A stretch of DNA of 64,000 bases from positions 829 through 64,828 of the forward strand of contig JBJOOF010000043.1 of the NCBI GenBank assembly GCA_046051425.1, in the 5' to 3' direction. Shown here one piece after another: positions 25,181-35,661 of the stretch. The notes under the pieces were generated by a model. The model had not been told where the DNA came from. It saw only the letters and a list, made by a program, of their open reading frames with translations, and did no database searches. Numbering within the stretch: the first letter of the stretch is position 1; every line of letters starts with the position of its first letter. Origin of the DNA: Bacteroidota bacterium (GTDB lineage: Bacteria; Bacteroidota; Bacteroidia; Cytophagales; Cyclobacteriaceae). The position numbers and the translations under genes are program-made.

Positions 25181-27118
25181 ATGACCTTTGCCGATTTTCC
25201 TTTTTTAAGGTACCTCTTCTTTTTTGCGCTTGGAATCTTACTTTCCAGAGCTATTCCTGAAGCCCAGCCCCAACTATTCCTCTGGATACTGGCCATTCTT
25301 TGGATTTTCTATGCGGTTTTCTTCAATAGATCTTCCTTTTGGAGTCCCTTGCCAATTTCCTTTTTAGCCTATTTACTTTTAATGGGATTGGGTGCTTTTG
25401 TATCGCTTCGAGCCAGTCAACAAACGCTAAAAGGGGAAATGCCCTGGGGAGAAGGTACAGGTTACCTGGCAGAGGTCCAGCGTTACGATCTCCCAAAGGC
25501 GAACTCTTCGGAAAATTTACTCGCTGTAATAGGGATAAAAGAAGGACAAGGTTGGCGTTCGCATAAAGCCCTGGTCTTGGTGTACCATCAAGGAGAAGAG
25601 CCGCTTGTGCCTGGGCAGGTGATTTGGGTGCCCAAAAACCCGGAGTCACTAGCCCCACCCTCCTTTCCAAATGAATTTGATTACAAGGGCTACCTGGCCT
25701 CGAAAGGAATTCATTTCCGCCAGTTTCTAGGAAAAAATCTGCTTGTGCTTCCTGTACCTCAGGCCTACCAACTCAAATTTACGTTGGAGCACCTGCGTCA
25801 TTACTTTGCCCAAGTCATCGATCGTTATGTCATCCGGCCCGAGTCCAAGCAGATTGCCTTGGCACTACTCCTAGGCCAAAAGGAATCCCTAGGCAAAGAG
25901 GTGAAACAAGCCTATTCGGCCACTGGAACGCAGCATATTTTGGCTGTTTCGGGACTCCATGTGGCGATCATCTATTCGATTCTGCTACTTCCCTTGACTT
26001 ATTTTAAACAAGAGGGGCATGCCCTTCGGAAGATTTACCTGCTTCTGGTTATGGGGTTGATTTGGATCTACTCCCTGATGACCGGATTCTCACCCTCTGT
26101 GGTGCGTGCCGTGGTGATGTTTTCCCTAGTGACCCTCGGGCAGATGCGGAAAAGAAAGCCGTCGATCTGGAACATCCTGTCATTCTCCGCCTTGCTGCTA
26201 CTGGTCCTGGATCCTGGTGTGCGAACAGATCTTGGTTTTCAACTTTCCTACTTGGCCGTAGCAGGTATTGTGGGTTTGCAACCGCTCATTCTTCAGCTCT
26301 GGTCACCACCCAATCGAGTCTTGGACTATTTTTGGCAAATGGCCGCCGTTACTTTGGCTGCCCAACTAATCACCAGCCCGCTGACGATCCATTACTTTCA
26401 TACCTTTCCCAGCTATTTTTTACTTGCCAATTTGCTGATTGTCCCGCTTTCCTACCTCATCCTTTGCGCGGGAGTGCCCTTTCTTTTGCTGGCTTGGGTT
26501 CCATTTTTAGGTCGAGTGCTGGGGGCCATCGTCGATTTTTTGCTATTTCTCCAAAACGAAGTTACCTACCGGATCCAGGACTTGCCCGCTGCCTTGTGGC
26601 AGGGAATCCACCTGTCTTTCGCCGGGATGTTGGCGATGTGGGGATTGCTATGGGTCTGGGGAAACTGGGAGCTGGGCAATCGAAAAAGGTTAGCAGGACT
26701 TGGAATGGGACTTTGTTTGTTGTGGGCTGGAGCCAATCTCTGGGAGGAGATTCAGCGTCCGGCGCAGGAACTCTACCTTTTTACCAAGGATGGAAAGCAG
26801 ATTCTGGACCTCAAACTTGGAGCCCATCACCTCTCTTGGAATCAGGATTTTCCGACCGAGCAACTCTCGTTTTCCATTCAGCCCAATCGCCTGGCTAACC
26901 AACGCAATCCAATTCCTCTACCGTTGAAAGCGGTGGTAGCAAAGGATTCCATCTGGTTTCCAGGTATCGATTTGGTATTTTTTCCTTCCCGAAATCAATT
27001 GGTTTGGGGAACAATATCTCCCAAATCCCAAGAGCAATTTGGGGTATTTCTTGATCCAAATTCCTTCCAAAAAAACTCCCTTTTCAGTTCTTCCGCTGCT
27101 TATCGGGTGGTTTTCTAA
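25181..27118 (+). CDS. comEC: ComEC/Rec2 family competence membrane protein
   Basis: PNEFDYKGYL, ALLLG, HILAVSGLHV, SPSVVRA, GFQLSYLAV; no obvious C-terminal metallo-beta-lactamase motif. Confidence 0.9.
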   Translation: MTFADFPFLRYLFFFALGILLSRAIPEAQPQLFLWILAILWIFYAVFFNRSSFWSPLPISFLAYLLLMGLGAFVSLRASQQTLKGEMPWGEGTGYLAEVQRYDLPKANSSENLLAVIGIKEGQGWRSHKALVLVYHQGEEPLVPGQVIWVPKNPESLAPPSFPNEFDYKGYLASKGIHFRQFLGKNLLVLPVPQAYQLKFTLEHLRHYFAQVIDRYVIRPESKQIALALLLGQKESLGKEVKQAYSATGTQHILAVSGLHVAIIYSILLLPLTYFKQEGHALRKIYLLLVMGLIWIYSLMTGFSPSVVRAVVMFSLVTLGQMRKRKPSIWNILSFSALLLLVLDPGVRTDLGFQLSYLAVAGIVGLQPLILQLWSPPNRVLDYFWQMAAVTLAAQLITSPLTIHYFHTFPSYFLLANLLIVPLSYLILCAGVPFLLLAWVPFLGRVLGAIVDFLLFLQNEVTYRIQDLPAALWQGIHLSFAGMLAMWGLLWVWGNWELGNRKRLAGLGMGLCLLWAGANLWEEIQRPAQELYLFTKDGKQILDLKLGAHHLSWNQDFPTEQLSFSIQPNRLANQRNPIPLPLKAVVAKDSIWFPGIDLVFFPSRNQLVWGTISPKSQEQFGVFLDPNSFQKNSLFSSSAAYRVVF

Positions 27119-27208
27119 ATCCAGTTTATTCCTCAGATTCCTTCTTTGAATTCATTTATGAATCAGGGGTCGTGGGGAAACTTGGATTTTTAGTAATTTC
27201 AAAGATTC

Positions 27209-29140
27209 ATGGTAGCGATAACAGATCGGTTGGTATCCCTCCTCAAAGAGGTCTTTGGATGGAAGGAATTTCGTCCCGTGCAGAAGCAGGTCGTCGAAGC
27301 GGTCTACCAGGGAGTAGATACGCTTGCGATTTTGCCTACTGGCGGAGGCAAAAGTCTGTGTTACCAGGTGCCTGGCTTGGCCAAGGAAGGGATTTGCCTC
27401 GTCATCTCCCCACTGGTGGCCTTGATGAAGGACCAGGTAGATTACCTGAAAGCCCGTGGGGTAAAAGCGGTGGCGCTGCATTCGGGCATGAGCCCGCGCG
27501 AGATCGATACGGTCTTGGATAATTGCATCCGAGGAGGAGTCAAGTTTTTGTACCTCTCTCCAGAGCGCTTGAAATCAGAACTTTTCGTGGAGCGCTTCAA
27601 GCAAATGGACCTCAACTTGATTGCCGTGGACGAGGCCCATTGCATCTCCCAGTGGGGCTATGATTTCAGGCCCGCTTACTTGGAGATTGCGACCATTCGT
27701 GCCTACCATCCCAAGGTCAATGTGCTTGCCTTGACTGCTTCTGCTACGCCAGAAGTGGAGAAGGATATTCGGGAGAAACTTCAACTCAAGCAGCCAGCGA
27801 CTTTTCACCAAAGTTTTGCCCGCAAGAATCTCAGTTACAGCGTCCGGTTGGTGGAAAACAAATTGGAGAAAGGACTGGAAATATTGAATCGCATTCCGGG
27901 CTCGGCCATCTGGTATGTGCGTACACGTCAAGCCACTCAGCAACTCGCCAAGCAACTACAGCAACTAGGTTTTTCTGCTGCAGCCTACCATGCCGGCCTT
28001 ACTGCTTCGGATCGATCGGCCAAGCAAGAGTCTTGGAAAGCCAATCAAGTGCGGATCATGGTGAGCACCAATGCCTTCGGAATGGGGATAGACAAGCCAG
28101 ATGTACGGGTGGTCCTTCACTCAGATTTGCCCGAAAATCTAGAAAGTTATTACCAGGAAGCGGGTAGGGCAGGTAGAGATGGACAAAAAGCCTATGCCGT
28201 GCTCCTCACCAATGGGCAGGATTTTGAGCAGTTGCTAGACCGAGCGGCCCTAGTTTATCCGCCCATAGAATTTCTCCGGAGGGTGTACCAATGCCTTGCC
28301 AATTATTTTCAATTGGCCATAGGAACCCAGTCTTTGCGAAGCTATGATTTTGAGCTTTCTGATTTTGCAAACACCTACCAGCTTCCGGTGCTGGACACTT
28401 TTTATGCACTCAAGGTGCTGGAAGAGGAGGGACTGCTCGCGCTCAACGAAAGTTTTTTTGCGCCTTCGCGCGCACATTTCTTAGTCAATCCCCAACTTTT
28501 GTATGAGGTGCAAATCCAACATGCCAAGTTGGACCCCGTCATCAAAATCCTTCTTCGAACCTATGGAGGAAATCTCTTTTCAGAATACTTCAACATTCAA
28601 GAAGCCAAGCTCGCCAAAGCTGCGGAACTGTCTGAGGTAGAATTGACCAAGGCCTTGATGCAGCTCGCCAAAATGGAGGTCTTGGATTACGAACCGCGGA
28701 AAGACCGGCCACAGCTTACTTTTCTGACCGAACGCTACGATGCGGCCACGCTTCCACTGAATTTCAAGCGGATTACCCTGCGGCGTGAACTTACCTTGCA
28801 TAAGGCTACGCAAATGGTGGCTTATGCCCATCAAAACCGAATTTGTCGGACTCAATTTATCCAAACCTACTTTGGAGAATCCTGTGATGAAACTTGTGGA
28901 GTCTGTGATTACTGTGTGGAACAAAAAAAGGCTAGTCTTCCACTTGAGGTAGAAAACAAGTTTAAAGAACTCCTTTTACAAACTTTAGCCCAGGGTGCGG
29001 CGTTAAGCGAAGAGGAGCTTTTTGAGGAGCTCCAAAAACCAGCCTCTGCTGCCCATCTAAAGTGCCTGCGCCAGTTGGTGGAGGAAGGAAAGGTGGTAGC
29101 AGACGAGGGAGGAAAATATAACCTAAATCGAGATGCCTGA
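27209..29140 (+). CDS. recQ: RecQ family ATP-dependent DNA helicase
   Basis: PTGGGKSLCYQ, VDEAHCISQWGYDFRP, LTASAT, YYQEAGRAGRDG, Zn-binding CR...CGVCDYC. Confidence 0.93.
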   Translation: MVAITDRLVSLLKEVFGWKEFRPVQKQVVEAVYQGVDTLAILPTGGGKSLCYQVPGLAKEGICLVISPLVALMKDQVDYLKARGVKAVALHSGMSPREIDTVLDNCIRGGVKFLYLSPERLKSELFVERFKQMDLNLIAVDEAHCISQWGYDFRPAYLEIATIRAYHPKVNVLALTASATPEVEKDIREKLQLKQPATFHQSFARKNLSYSVRLVENKLEKGLEILNRIPGSAIWYVRTRQATQQLAKQLQQLGFSAAAYHAGLTASDRSAKQESWKANQVRIMVSTNAFGMGIDKPDVRVVLHSDLPENLESYYQEAGRAGRDGQKAYAVLLTNGQDFEQLLDRAALVYPPIEFLRRVYQCLANYFQLAIGTQSLRSYDFELSDFANTYQLPVLDTFYALKVLEEEGLLALNESFFAPSRAHFLVNPQLLYEVQIQHAKLDPVIKILLRTYGGNLFSEYFNIQEAKLAKAAELSEVELTKALMQLAKMEVLDYEPRKDRPQLTFLTERYDAATLPLNFKRITLRRELTLHKATQMVAYAHQNRICRTQFIQTYFGESCDETCGVCDYCVEQKKASLPLEVENKFKELLLQTLAQGAALSEEELFEELQKPASAAHLKCLRQLVEEGKVVADEGGKYNLNRDA

Positions 29141-29729
29141 TTTCTTTGATGACTTATTGAAAAAAATCTTTCCGCCAAAGACCAACAATCAGGCCTTGTC
29201 GGTGAAGGAGAATTTTTCAGTTAAAGAAAAGGATCTCCAGGAGCTAGAAGCATGGGATCATTCCGAAGATTCCAAAGCGCTTTACGACTTGGTTTACCGG
29301 AATTACCATTACAAGCGAGCGCAAATCAACGAGAATCCCGAGGTACATGTGTTTTCCTCTGTCTATGCGAATGGATTTGCCCTCAGCTACGGCCCACCCC
29401 TCGATTTGAATTCTTTTTCCCTTCTTTTCTTGGGTTTAAGTAGACGCATTATAGCTTTGGGGTACGAACAAGTAAGTTTGGATCGGAAGCTGGAAGAGGT
29501 CAATGATCAAGTCAAGGAAACGGAGAAATTTTACTTCAAACCCCCACTTCAACTGCCCCAAGAAGGAGAATTGATTAGCCAATTGTATGGCAACATTTCC
29601 CTAGAAAAAATCCGGATCAACCAGCAGCCTAATTACTTCAAACTACTTGCTTCCGTGTATTCTGACCGATTGTATTACGATGCCAAACCCTTTGATGAAT
29701 TGATGGATCGGTTATTTGAAAGACCCTAA
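29133..29729 (+). CDS. Hypothetical protein
   Basis: 198-aa ORF overlapping the recQ stop, in operon context; no recognised motif. Confidence 0.7.
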   Translation: MPDFFDDLLKKIFPPKTNNQALSVKENFSVKEKDLQELEAWDHSEDSKALYDLVYRNYHYKRAQINENPEVHVFSSVYANGFALSYGPPLDLNSFSLLFLGLSRRIIALGYEQVSLDRKLEEVNDQVKETEKFYFKPPLQLPQEGELISQLYGNISLEKIRINQQPNYFKLLASVYSDRLYYDAKPFDELMDRLFERP

Positions 29730-29730
29730 C

Positions 29731-30282
29731 ATGGATAGAATTACCCTACAAACTCAATTGAGTGCTTACCGCAGTCCTTACGAAGAGGAAAATCAGTTTG
29801 TGCCCGATTTCTTGGCCTTAACTGAAGACCCACTTGCGTATTCCAGAGAGCGAACTACCGGGCATTTTACTGCCTCCGCTTGGATAGTCAATAAAGAGCG
29901 AACGCATACCTTGCTGACCCTTCACCGCAAGTTGGGAAGATGGCTGCAGTTGGGAGGACATGCCGATGGGAACGAAAATCTCTTAGAAGTAGCCATGCAG
30001 GAAGCTCGAGAAGAAAGTGGACTGACCTCCCTACAGTTTGTAGATACGGCTATTTTTGATTTGGACAAGCATATCATTCCGGAACGGCCCCATGTGGCAG
30101 AACATTTTCACTTCGATGTTCGCTACTTAATCGAGGCTGATCTCCAAGAGCCCTTGGTACGCAGTGACGAAAGCATCTCCCTAGCCTGGGTTACCTTTGA
30201 TGCCGTGATTGATCTGATCGGCTACAATCCCTCCATCTTGCGAATGCTCGAAAAAACAAGTACCTCTGAAATTTTACGTTAA
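29731..30282 (+). CDS. NUDIX hydrolase
   Basis: GHFTASAW, HRKLGRWLQLGGHADG...AMQEAREESG (Nudix box), HFDVRY. Confidence 0.9.
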   Translation: MDRITLQTQLSAYRSPYEEENQFVPDFLALTEDPLAYSRERTTGHFTASAWIVNKERTHTLLTLHRKLGRWLQLGGHADGNENLLEVAMQEAREESGLTSLQFVDTAIFDLDKHIIPERPHVAEHFHFDVRYLIEADLQEPLVRSDESISLAWVTFDAVIDLIGYNPSILRMLEKTSTSEILR

Positions 30283-30716
30283 TGCGCAGTTTTGCTATTC
30301 CCCAGCTTCGTGCTGAATTTTCCTTTACTACACCCATTCAACTTCGATTTTCTGATATTGATGGCTACCTCCATGTAAACAATGGAGTCTACTTTAGTTA
30401 TTTTGAGCACGCTAGGGCAATATTTCTTTACAAAGTAGCTGGTTGGGATGTATTGGATGTAGGTACCGTAGTGGGTCGAATCGAGATCGATTACATTCGT
30501 CCCATTCACTTGACAGATCAGGTGGAGGCCCTAGTGAAATGCTCAAGAATGGGCAATTCCTCCTTCGATTTGGAGCAAGTACTCTTGGGAAAGGATAGCA
30601 GTGGTAAGGAACAAGTTTATGCCACCTGCAAAAGTGTATTGGTTTCGGTAGACAAGTCAAGCATGAAGCCCGTGCCTGTACCAGATGCATTCCGCCAAAA
30701 ACTAGCCTCCTCCTAA
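30282..30716 (+). CDS. Acyl-CoA thioesterase (4HBT/YbgC hot-dog fold)
   Basis: LRFSDIDGYLHVNNGVYFSYFEHAR, MGNSSF. Confidence 0.9.
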   Translation: MRSFAIPQLRAEFSFTTPIQLRFSDIDGYLHVNNGVYFSYFEHARAIFLYKVAGWDVLDVGTVVGRIEIDYIRPIHLTDQVEALVKCSRMGNSSFDLEQVLLGKDSSGKEQVYATCKSVLVSVDKSSMKPVPVPDAFRQKLASS

Positions 30717-30751
30717 CCGCTAATTCGTAACTTTACTGAAAATTTATTCCT

Positions 30752-31465
30752 GTGAAACAGTTTTGGATCATTTGCCTTCTTGTATTCAGTAGTCTTGCCT
30801 GCGCTCCAACTGAGGAGGAACTCATGAAAGTGGGTTTGGAGAAAATGGACGCTCAGGCTTGGGCAGAGGCAGTTACCCAGTTTGACCAGGTCTTGGAGAA
30901 AAATCCAAACCAGGCCACCGCTTTAAATGCCAAGGGAGTGGCCCTTTTTCAGCAAGGGAAAATCAAGGAAGCGATTCCACTTTTTGATCAGGCTATCCAA
31001 GTAGATTCGACCAGCTACAAGCCCTGGTTTAACCGAGGCAATGCCCATATGGAGTTGACCAACTACAAAGCGGCATTGGCAGACTTTAACTTGGCAACAG
31101 CACTCGACCCAAGTCAATTGGACATCCTTTTCAATCGGGGTACTACCTTATTGACTATGGAGGCTTATGAGGATGCGATGCTTGATTTTGAAGCCGTGGT
31201 GAAGGCAGAGCCCAACCATGCAGAAGCACATTTCCGACTTGCCAAAGCAAAGTTGGGCATGAATGACCCCATCCATGGCATGGAATCCCTCTCGACTACC
31301 GTCAACTTGGATCCTAAAAATGGGGAAGCCTACTACTTGCTTGGCGTCACTCGCATGAGTGCTTTGGGCCAAAAAAATGAAGGCTGTGCAGATTTGAAAA
31401 TGGCGCTATCCTTAGGCTACCAAGAAGCAGAAACTTGGATCAAAGACTTTTGTGAAGCAAAGTAA
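30752..31465 (+). CDS. Tetratricopeptide-repeat lipoprotein
   Basis: Lipobox SLAC; repeated TPR units (FNRG...A..DF..A..LDP); GTG start. Confidence 0.88.
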   Translation: MKQFWIICLLVFSSLACAPTEEELMKVGLEKMDAQAWAEAVTQFDQVLEKNPNQATALNAKGVALFQQGKIKEAIPLFDQAIQVDSTSYKPWFNRGNAHMELTNYKAALADFNLATALDPSQLDILFNRGTTLLTMEAYEDAMLDFEAVVKAEPNHAEAHFRLAKAKLGMNDPIHGMESLSTTVNLDPKNGEAYYLLGVTRMSALGQKNEGCADLKMALSLGYQEAETWIKDFCEAK

Positions 31466-32436
31466 TGGCGCAGGTAGGGACCGATATTCCACAGGCAGCC
31501 TCGTACCTCAAACAGGGACAACTGGTTGCTATTCCAACCGAAACGGTTTATGGATTGGCGGGCAATGCGCTGGATGTGAAGGCGGTCAGTTCCATTTTTG
31601 AAACGAAAAACCGCCCCAGTTTTGATCCCTTGATTCTGCATGTGGCCTCCCTCGAGCAAGTAAAACCCTTTGTCTCCTCATTTCCAGAAAAGCTCAAGCG
31701 TTTGGCCGAGGCCTTTTGGCCAGGGCCTCTGACAGTCTTGTTGCCTCGGAATGCCAGTGTTCCCGATCTAGTTACCTCTGGATTGGATCGAGTGGCGGTA
31801 CGAGTGCCCAACCACCCGCTGACATTGGCGCTATTGGCGCAACTAGACTTTCCGCTTGCTGCCCCAAGTGCCAACCCCTTTGGCTACATCAGCCCTACAC
31901 AAGCTGCTCATGTGGACGCACAGCTAGGGGCACAGATTCCCTATATTCTTGATGGTGGAGCATGTGCCGTAGGATTGGAAAGCACCATTGTAGGCATGGA
32001 AGGGGAGCAGGTAGTTATCTATCGTTTGGGTGGATTAGACCCTTCCAAAATTGAATCCTTGGTGGGTCCAGTGACCGTTCAGGCACACAGCACAAGTAAT
32101 CCCAGCGCCCCAGGTCAGCTGGCCAGTCATTATGCGCCACGGAAACCATTTCTAGTGGGAGAATTGAACGAGCTTGTGCCGAAGTTGACCCAAGAAGGAA
32201 AGGCCTTCGGGGTACTCAGTTATTCAAGGAATTTTCCAGCCCTTCCTTCGGAAAGGCAGTTTGTACTTAGCCCAAGCCATGTTTTGCAAGAAGCAGCTCA
32301 ACGCCTGTTTATGGGGATGCGACTCTTGGATGAAAGTGATGCAGACCTGATCCTCGCAGAATTTGTTCCAGAAATCGGACTGGGTCGTGCCATCAACGAT
32401 CGTCTCAAGCGAGCAGCAGCACAGCCTAATCACTAG
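31465..32436 (+). CDS. sua5: Threonylcarbamoyl-AMP synthase, Sua5-type
   Basis: PTETVYGL, KNRPSFDPLILH, FWPGPLT, AAPSAN, PGQLASHYAP, AINDRLKRA. Confidence 0.94.
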   Translation: MAQVGTDIPQAASYLKQGQLVAIPTETVYGLAGNALDVKAVSSIFETKNRPSFDPLILHVASLEQVKPFVSSFPEKLKRLAEAFWPGPLTVLLPRNASVPDLVTSGLDRVAVRVPNHPLTLALLAQLDFPLAAPSANPFGYISPTQAAHVDAQLGAQIPYILDGGACAVGLESTIVGMEGEQVVIYRLGGLDPSKIESLVGPVTVQAHSTSNPSAPGQLASHYAPRKPFLVGELNELVPKLTQEGKAFGVLSYSRNFPALPSERQFVLSPSHVLQEAAQRLFMGMRLLDESDADLILAEFVPEIGLGRAINDRLKRAAAQPNH

Positions 32437-32537
32437 GGCTAGTTTTTCAATCATTCTATTTCGTATTGGCTGGATTTGAGTTAAATTCGTCACGATTTTA
32501 AACGCTTCTTTAGTTCTCACCTATTCGACTTTATCCC

Positions 32538-33737
32538 ATGTTATTGAATGTAAAAAATGTAGATAGCCTCAATTTTGCAGGCAAAAAAGCCCTGATTCGG
32601 GTGGATTTCAATGTTCCCTTAGACGAGCATTTTCAAGTAACTGACGATACGCGTATTCAGGCAGCGGTACCTACGATCCAAAAGATTTTGAAGGATGGGG
32701 GTTCGGCCATTTTGATGTCCCACTTGGGTCGTCCTAAAGGTGGTCCTGAGGATCGCTACTCATTGAAGCACATTGTGTCTGCTGTAGAAGCGGCATTGGG
32801 TCAAAAAATCAGCTTTGCTTCAGATTGCATTGGCGAAGAGGCAAGCCAAAAGGCTGCTCAATTGGGTGCAGGAGAGGTATTACTATTGGAAAACTTGCGT
32901 TTTTACAAGGAGGAAGAAAAAGGGGATGCAGACTTTGCAGCCAAGTTGGCAAAGCTTGGAGATGTTTATGTCAACGATGCTTTTGGAACGGCTCACCGTG
33001 CCCATGCTTCCACCGCAGTGATTGCTGCCAACTTTTCCCAAAAAGTAGCCGGATACCTGATGGAATCTGAGTTGACCAATGCAGACAAGGTGCTTGGCAA
33101 TCCAGAGCGTCCTTATACTGCGATCATGGGTGGAGCCAAAATCGCCGACAAGATTTTAATCATTGAGCGTTTGCTTGAAAAAGTAGACAACCTCATCATC
33201 GGTGGTGGCATGTCCTACACCTTTGCCAAAGCACAAGGAGGATCGATCGGTACTTCGCTTTTGGAAGCAGACAAACTAGATTTCGTGTTGGAGTTGATGG
33301 AAAAAGCAAAGGCCAAGGGAGTTAACTTGATTTTGCCAGTTGACACAGTGATTGCAGATGATTTTTCCAATACTGCCAACCAGTCAGTAGTGAATAAGGG
33401 AGAGATTCCTGACAACTGGATGGGCTTGGACATTGGACCTAAGACTAGAGAATTGTTTGGAAAAGTAATCCTTGAATCCAAAACCATCCTATGGAATGGT
33501 CCGATGGGTGTATTTGAAATGGAGTCTTTCAACAAAGGAACCAAAGCCATTGCAGAGTACGTGGCGGAAGCGACGCGTCATGGAGCCTTCTCGCTCATCG
33601 GGGGTGGTGATTCTGCTGCTGCAGTAAATAAGTTTGGCTACACCGACCAGGTATCCTACGTGTCAACCGGAGGAGGAGCCTTGCTAGAGCACATGGAAGG
33701 AAAAGTACTTCCAGGAGTGGCTGCTTTGGCGCAGTAA
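32538..33737 (+). CDS. pgk: Phosphoglycerate kinase
   Basis: [50 protein letters not shown]. Confidence 0.98.
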   Translation: MLLNVKNVDSLNFAGKKALIRVDFNVPLDEHFQVTDDTRIQAAVPTIQKILKDGGSAILMSHLGRPKGGPEDRYSLKHIVSAVEAALGQKISFASDCIGEEASQKAAQLGAGEVLLLENLRFYKEEEKGDADFAAKLAKLGDVYVNDAFGTAHRAHASTAVIAANFSQKVAGYLMESELTNADKVLGNPERPYTAIMGGAKIADKILIIERLLEKVDNLIIGGGMSYTFAKAQGGSIGTSLLEADKLDFVLELMEKAKAKGVNLILPVDTVIADDFSNTANQSVVNKGEIPDNWMGLDIGPKTRELFGKVILESKTILWNGPMGVFEMESFNKGTKAIAEYVAEATRHGAFSLIGGGDSAAAVNKFGYTDQVSYVSTGGGALLEHMEGKVLPGVAALAQ

Positions 33738-33755
33738 TACTCCCCCAATTCAATC

Positions 33756-33791
33756 AAAAAAGGCTGCTTCGTTTGCGAAGCAGCCTTTTTT
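33756..33791. terminator. Bidirectional rho-independent terminator
   Basis: AAAAAAGGCTGCTTCG-TTTG-CGAAGCAGCCTTTTTT. Confidence 0.9.
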
Positions 33792-33812
33792 ATGCATTTG
33801 AGAAAATGGACA

Positions 33813-34667
33813 TCAACGGAGAAACCTGATTTCCGCTAGCACAGGAAAGTGGTCAGAGGGGTATTTTTTGCCGTAGTTGTCTGTCAAAATTCCATGTCGC
33901 AGCACTTCGATCTTTCCCAATACAAAAACATGGTCAATGATACCATCCGGCATTCGATCCCATTCAAAGGCAGTAAAGGTGCCTCTTGGGCCGTAGGAGG
34001 GAAGTTTGGAAATTAAGCGTGCATCCTTCCAACTTTCTTGGGCGAGGATCACCTGGTAGGCTGGATTGTCAGGAGTCACATTGAAGTCGCCCATCCAGAC
34101 CACAGGGAGATTTTCCCGATTTAGTTCTTTAATTTTTGCCTGAACCAGCTTGCTACTTTCCTCTCTAGCCTGCTGCCCAATATGGTCGTAGTGCACATTG
34201 AATACATAAAATCGCTCCCCTTCTGTCGAGGCAAATTTACCCCAGGTACAGACCCGGTTTAAGGCAGCATCCCATCCCTTGCTGGGAAGGTCAGGTGTCG
34301 GCGAAAGCCAGAAAGTTCCCGATTCTTCTACTTGGTAACGGCTGGGATCGTAGTGGATGGGCGAAAATTCGCCTTTGGCCTTCCCATCATCCCTGCCCAC
34401 GCCAATGGAAGAAAAGCCAAGTCCTACGTTGAGTTCAGTCAACTGATGCGCTAACACTTCCTGGGTGCCCACGATATCAATCTGGTGAAATTGAATCAGC
34501 TGCATGACCTGAGAGGCCCGATCTTTCCAAAGGTTGCCCACATCGTTGGGATTATCCCATCTGATATTGAAGGTGGCGAGTCGATGGGTTTGGGCGGAAA
34601 TTTGATTTGCCTGTAGTCCGAAAAAGGAAAATGCAGCAATGAAAAATAGGAAACGGGTAACTGACAT
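33813..34667 (-). CDS. Secreted endonuclease/exonuclease/phosphatase (EEP) family protein
   Basis: Signal peptide; TFNIR, GTQE, NVHYDH, MGDFN, IDHVF, YPSDHFP. Confidence 0.9.
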   Translation of the reverse strand: MSVTRFLFFIAAFSFFGLQANQISAQTHRLATFNIRWDNPNDVGNLWKDRASQVMQLIQFHQIDIVGTQEVLAHQLTELNVGLGFSSIGVGRDDGKAKGEFSPIHYDPSRYQVEESGTFWLSPTPDLPSKGWDAALNRVCTWGKFASTEGERFYVFNVHYDHIGQQAREESSKLVQAKIKELNRENLPVVWMGDFNVTPDNPAYQVILAQESWKDARLISKLPSYGPRGTFTAFEWDRMPDGIIDHVFVLGKIEVLRHGILTDNYGKKYPSDHFPVLAEIRFLR

Positions 34668-34729
34668 AATTTGGAAACAAATTCGTGAATTGATGGCTTT
34701 CACTTAAAATTGCCTATTAATTTCATGAA

Positions 34730-35620
34730 ATGAAAACGATTCAACCCAAAGACCTGTCTACCCCCGAGTTGCAAGCCCTCTTGCAAGGTGCTGTGGCTCC
34801 ACGGCCCATTGCCTTTGTAAGTAGCATCAATGGGGCGGGAGCCGTTAATTTAAGCCCTTTTTCTTTTTTTAACCTGTTTAGTGCCAATCCTCCCATCCTG
34901 GTTTTCTCCCCTTCCCGCCGGGTGCGCGATAAGAGTACCAAGCATACCTTGGAAAACGTGCTTGAGGTGCCCGAAGTAGTCATTCATGTGGTGGGACATA
35001 GTTTGGTGGAGCAAATGTCCCTGGCCAGCACAGAATATGGGAAAGGGGTCAATGAGTTTGTGAAAGCAGGATTGACTGAAGTTCCCTCCAATCTAGTGTC
35101 TCCACCTCGGGTGAAGGAAGCCCCCCTGGCTTTTGAGTGCCATGTGAATCAGGTGATTTCCCTAGGAGAAGAAGGCGGTGCAGGCAACTTGGTGATTTGT
35201 GAGGTGCTTCAAATTCACCTGGACGAACGAATTTTGGATGCTTCAGGTGCCATTGCGCCACTGAAGTTGGATCCTGTAGCCCGCTTAGGTGGAAATTGGT
35301 ACACCAAAATCACCCCTGAATCTTTATTTCAAATTCCCAAGCCATTGACTACCCTAGGAATTGGGGTAGACCAGATTCCCGAGGAAATTCGCTTGAGTTC
35401 GGTCCTTACGGGGAATAACCTAGGTCGGTTGGGCAATGTGGAGCAGCTTCCAAATTCAGAAGAGGTAGCTGCTTTTGGGCAAACGCCGGAAGTGCTGGAA
35501 TTAAAAAAGCGGTTTCAACGGGATCCAGAATCTTGGATAGATCACCTGCATCGCTGGGCCCAACAGGAATTGGAATCCGGTGAGGTGGAGCTCGCTTGGA
35601 AAATACTTTTGCAGAAGTAA
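34730..35620 (+). CDS. Flavin reductase-like (DIM6/NTAB) family protein
   Basis: VAPRPIAFVSS, NLSPFSFFN, KHTLENV, PPRVKE, VARLGGNWY. Confidence 0.9.
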   Translation: MKTIQPKDLSTPELQALLQGAVAPRPIAFVSSINGAGAVNLSPFSFFNLFSANPPILVFSPSRRVRDKSTKHTLENVLEVPEVVIHVVGHSLVEQMSLASTEYGKGVNEFVKAGLTEVPSNLVSPPRVKEAPLAFECHVNQVISLGEEGGAGNLVICEVLQIHLDERILDASGAIAPLKLDPVARLGGNWYTKITPESLFQIPKPLTTLGIGVDQIPEEIRLSSVLTGNNLGRLGNVEQLPNSEEVAAFGQTPEVLELKKRFQRDPESWIDHLHRWAQQELESGEVELAWKILLQK

Positions 35621-35625
35621 GCAGC

Positions 35626-35658
35626 AAAAAAAAAACTCAGCCCGAAAGCTGAGTTTTT
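35626..35658. terminator. Bidirectional terminator
   Basis: AAAAACTCAGC-CCGAAA-GCTGAGTTTTT between convergent genes. Confidence 0.8.
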
Positions 35659-35661
35659 CTA

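Noticed and set aside
26062-26898. 278-aa alternative-frame ORF inside comEC
   Set aside because: Lies entirely within a well-supported gene, has no recognisable motifs and a shadow-ORF composition; comEC itself reads through uninterrupted.
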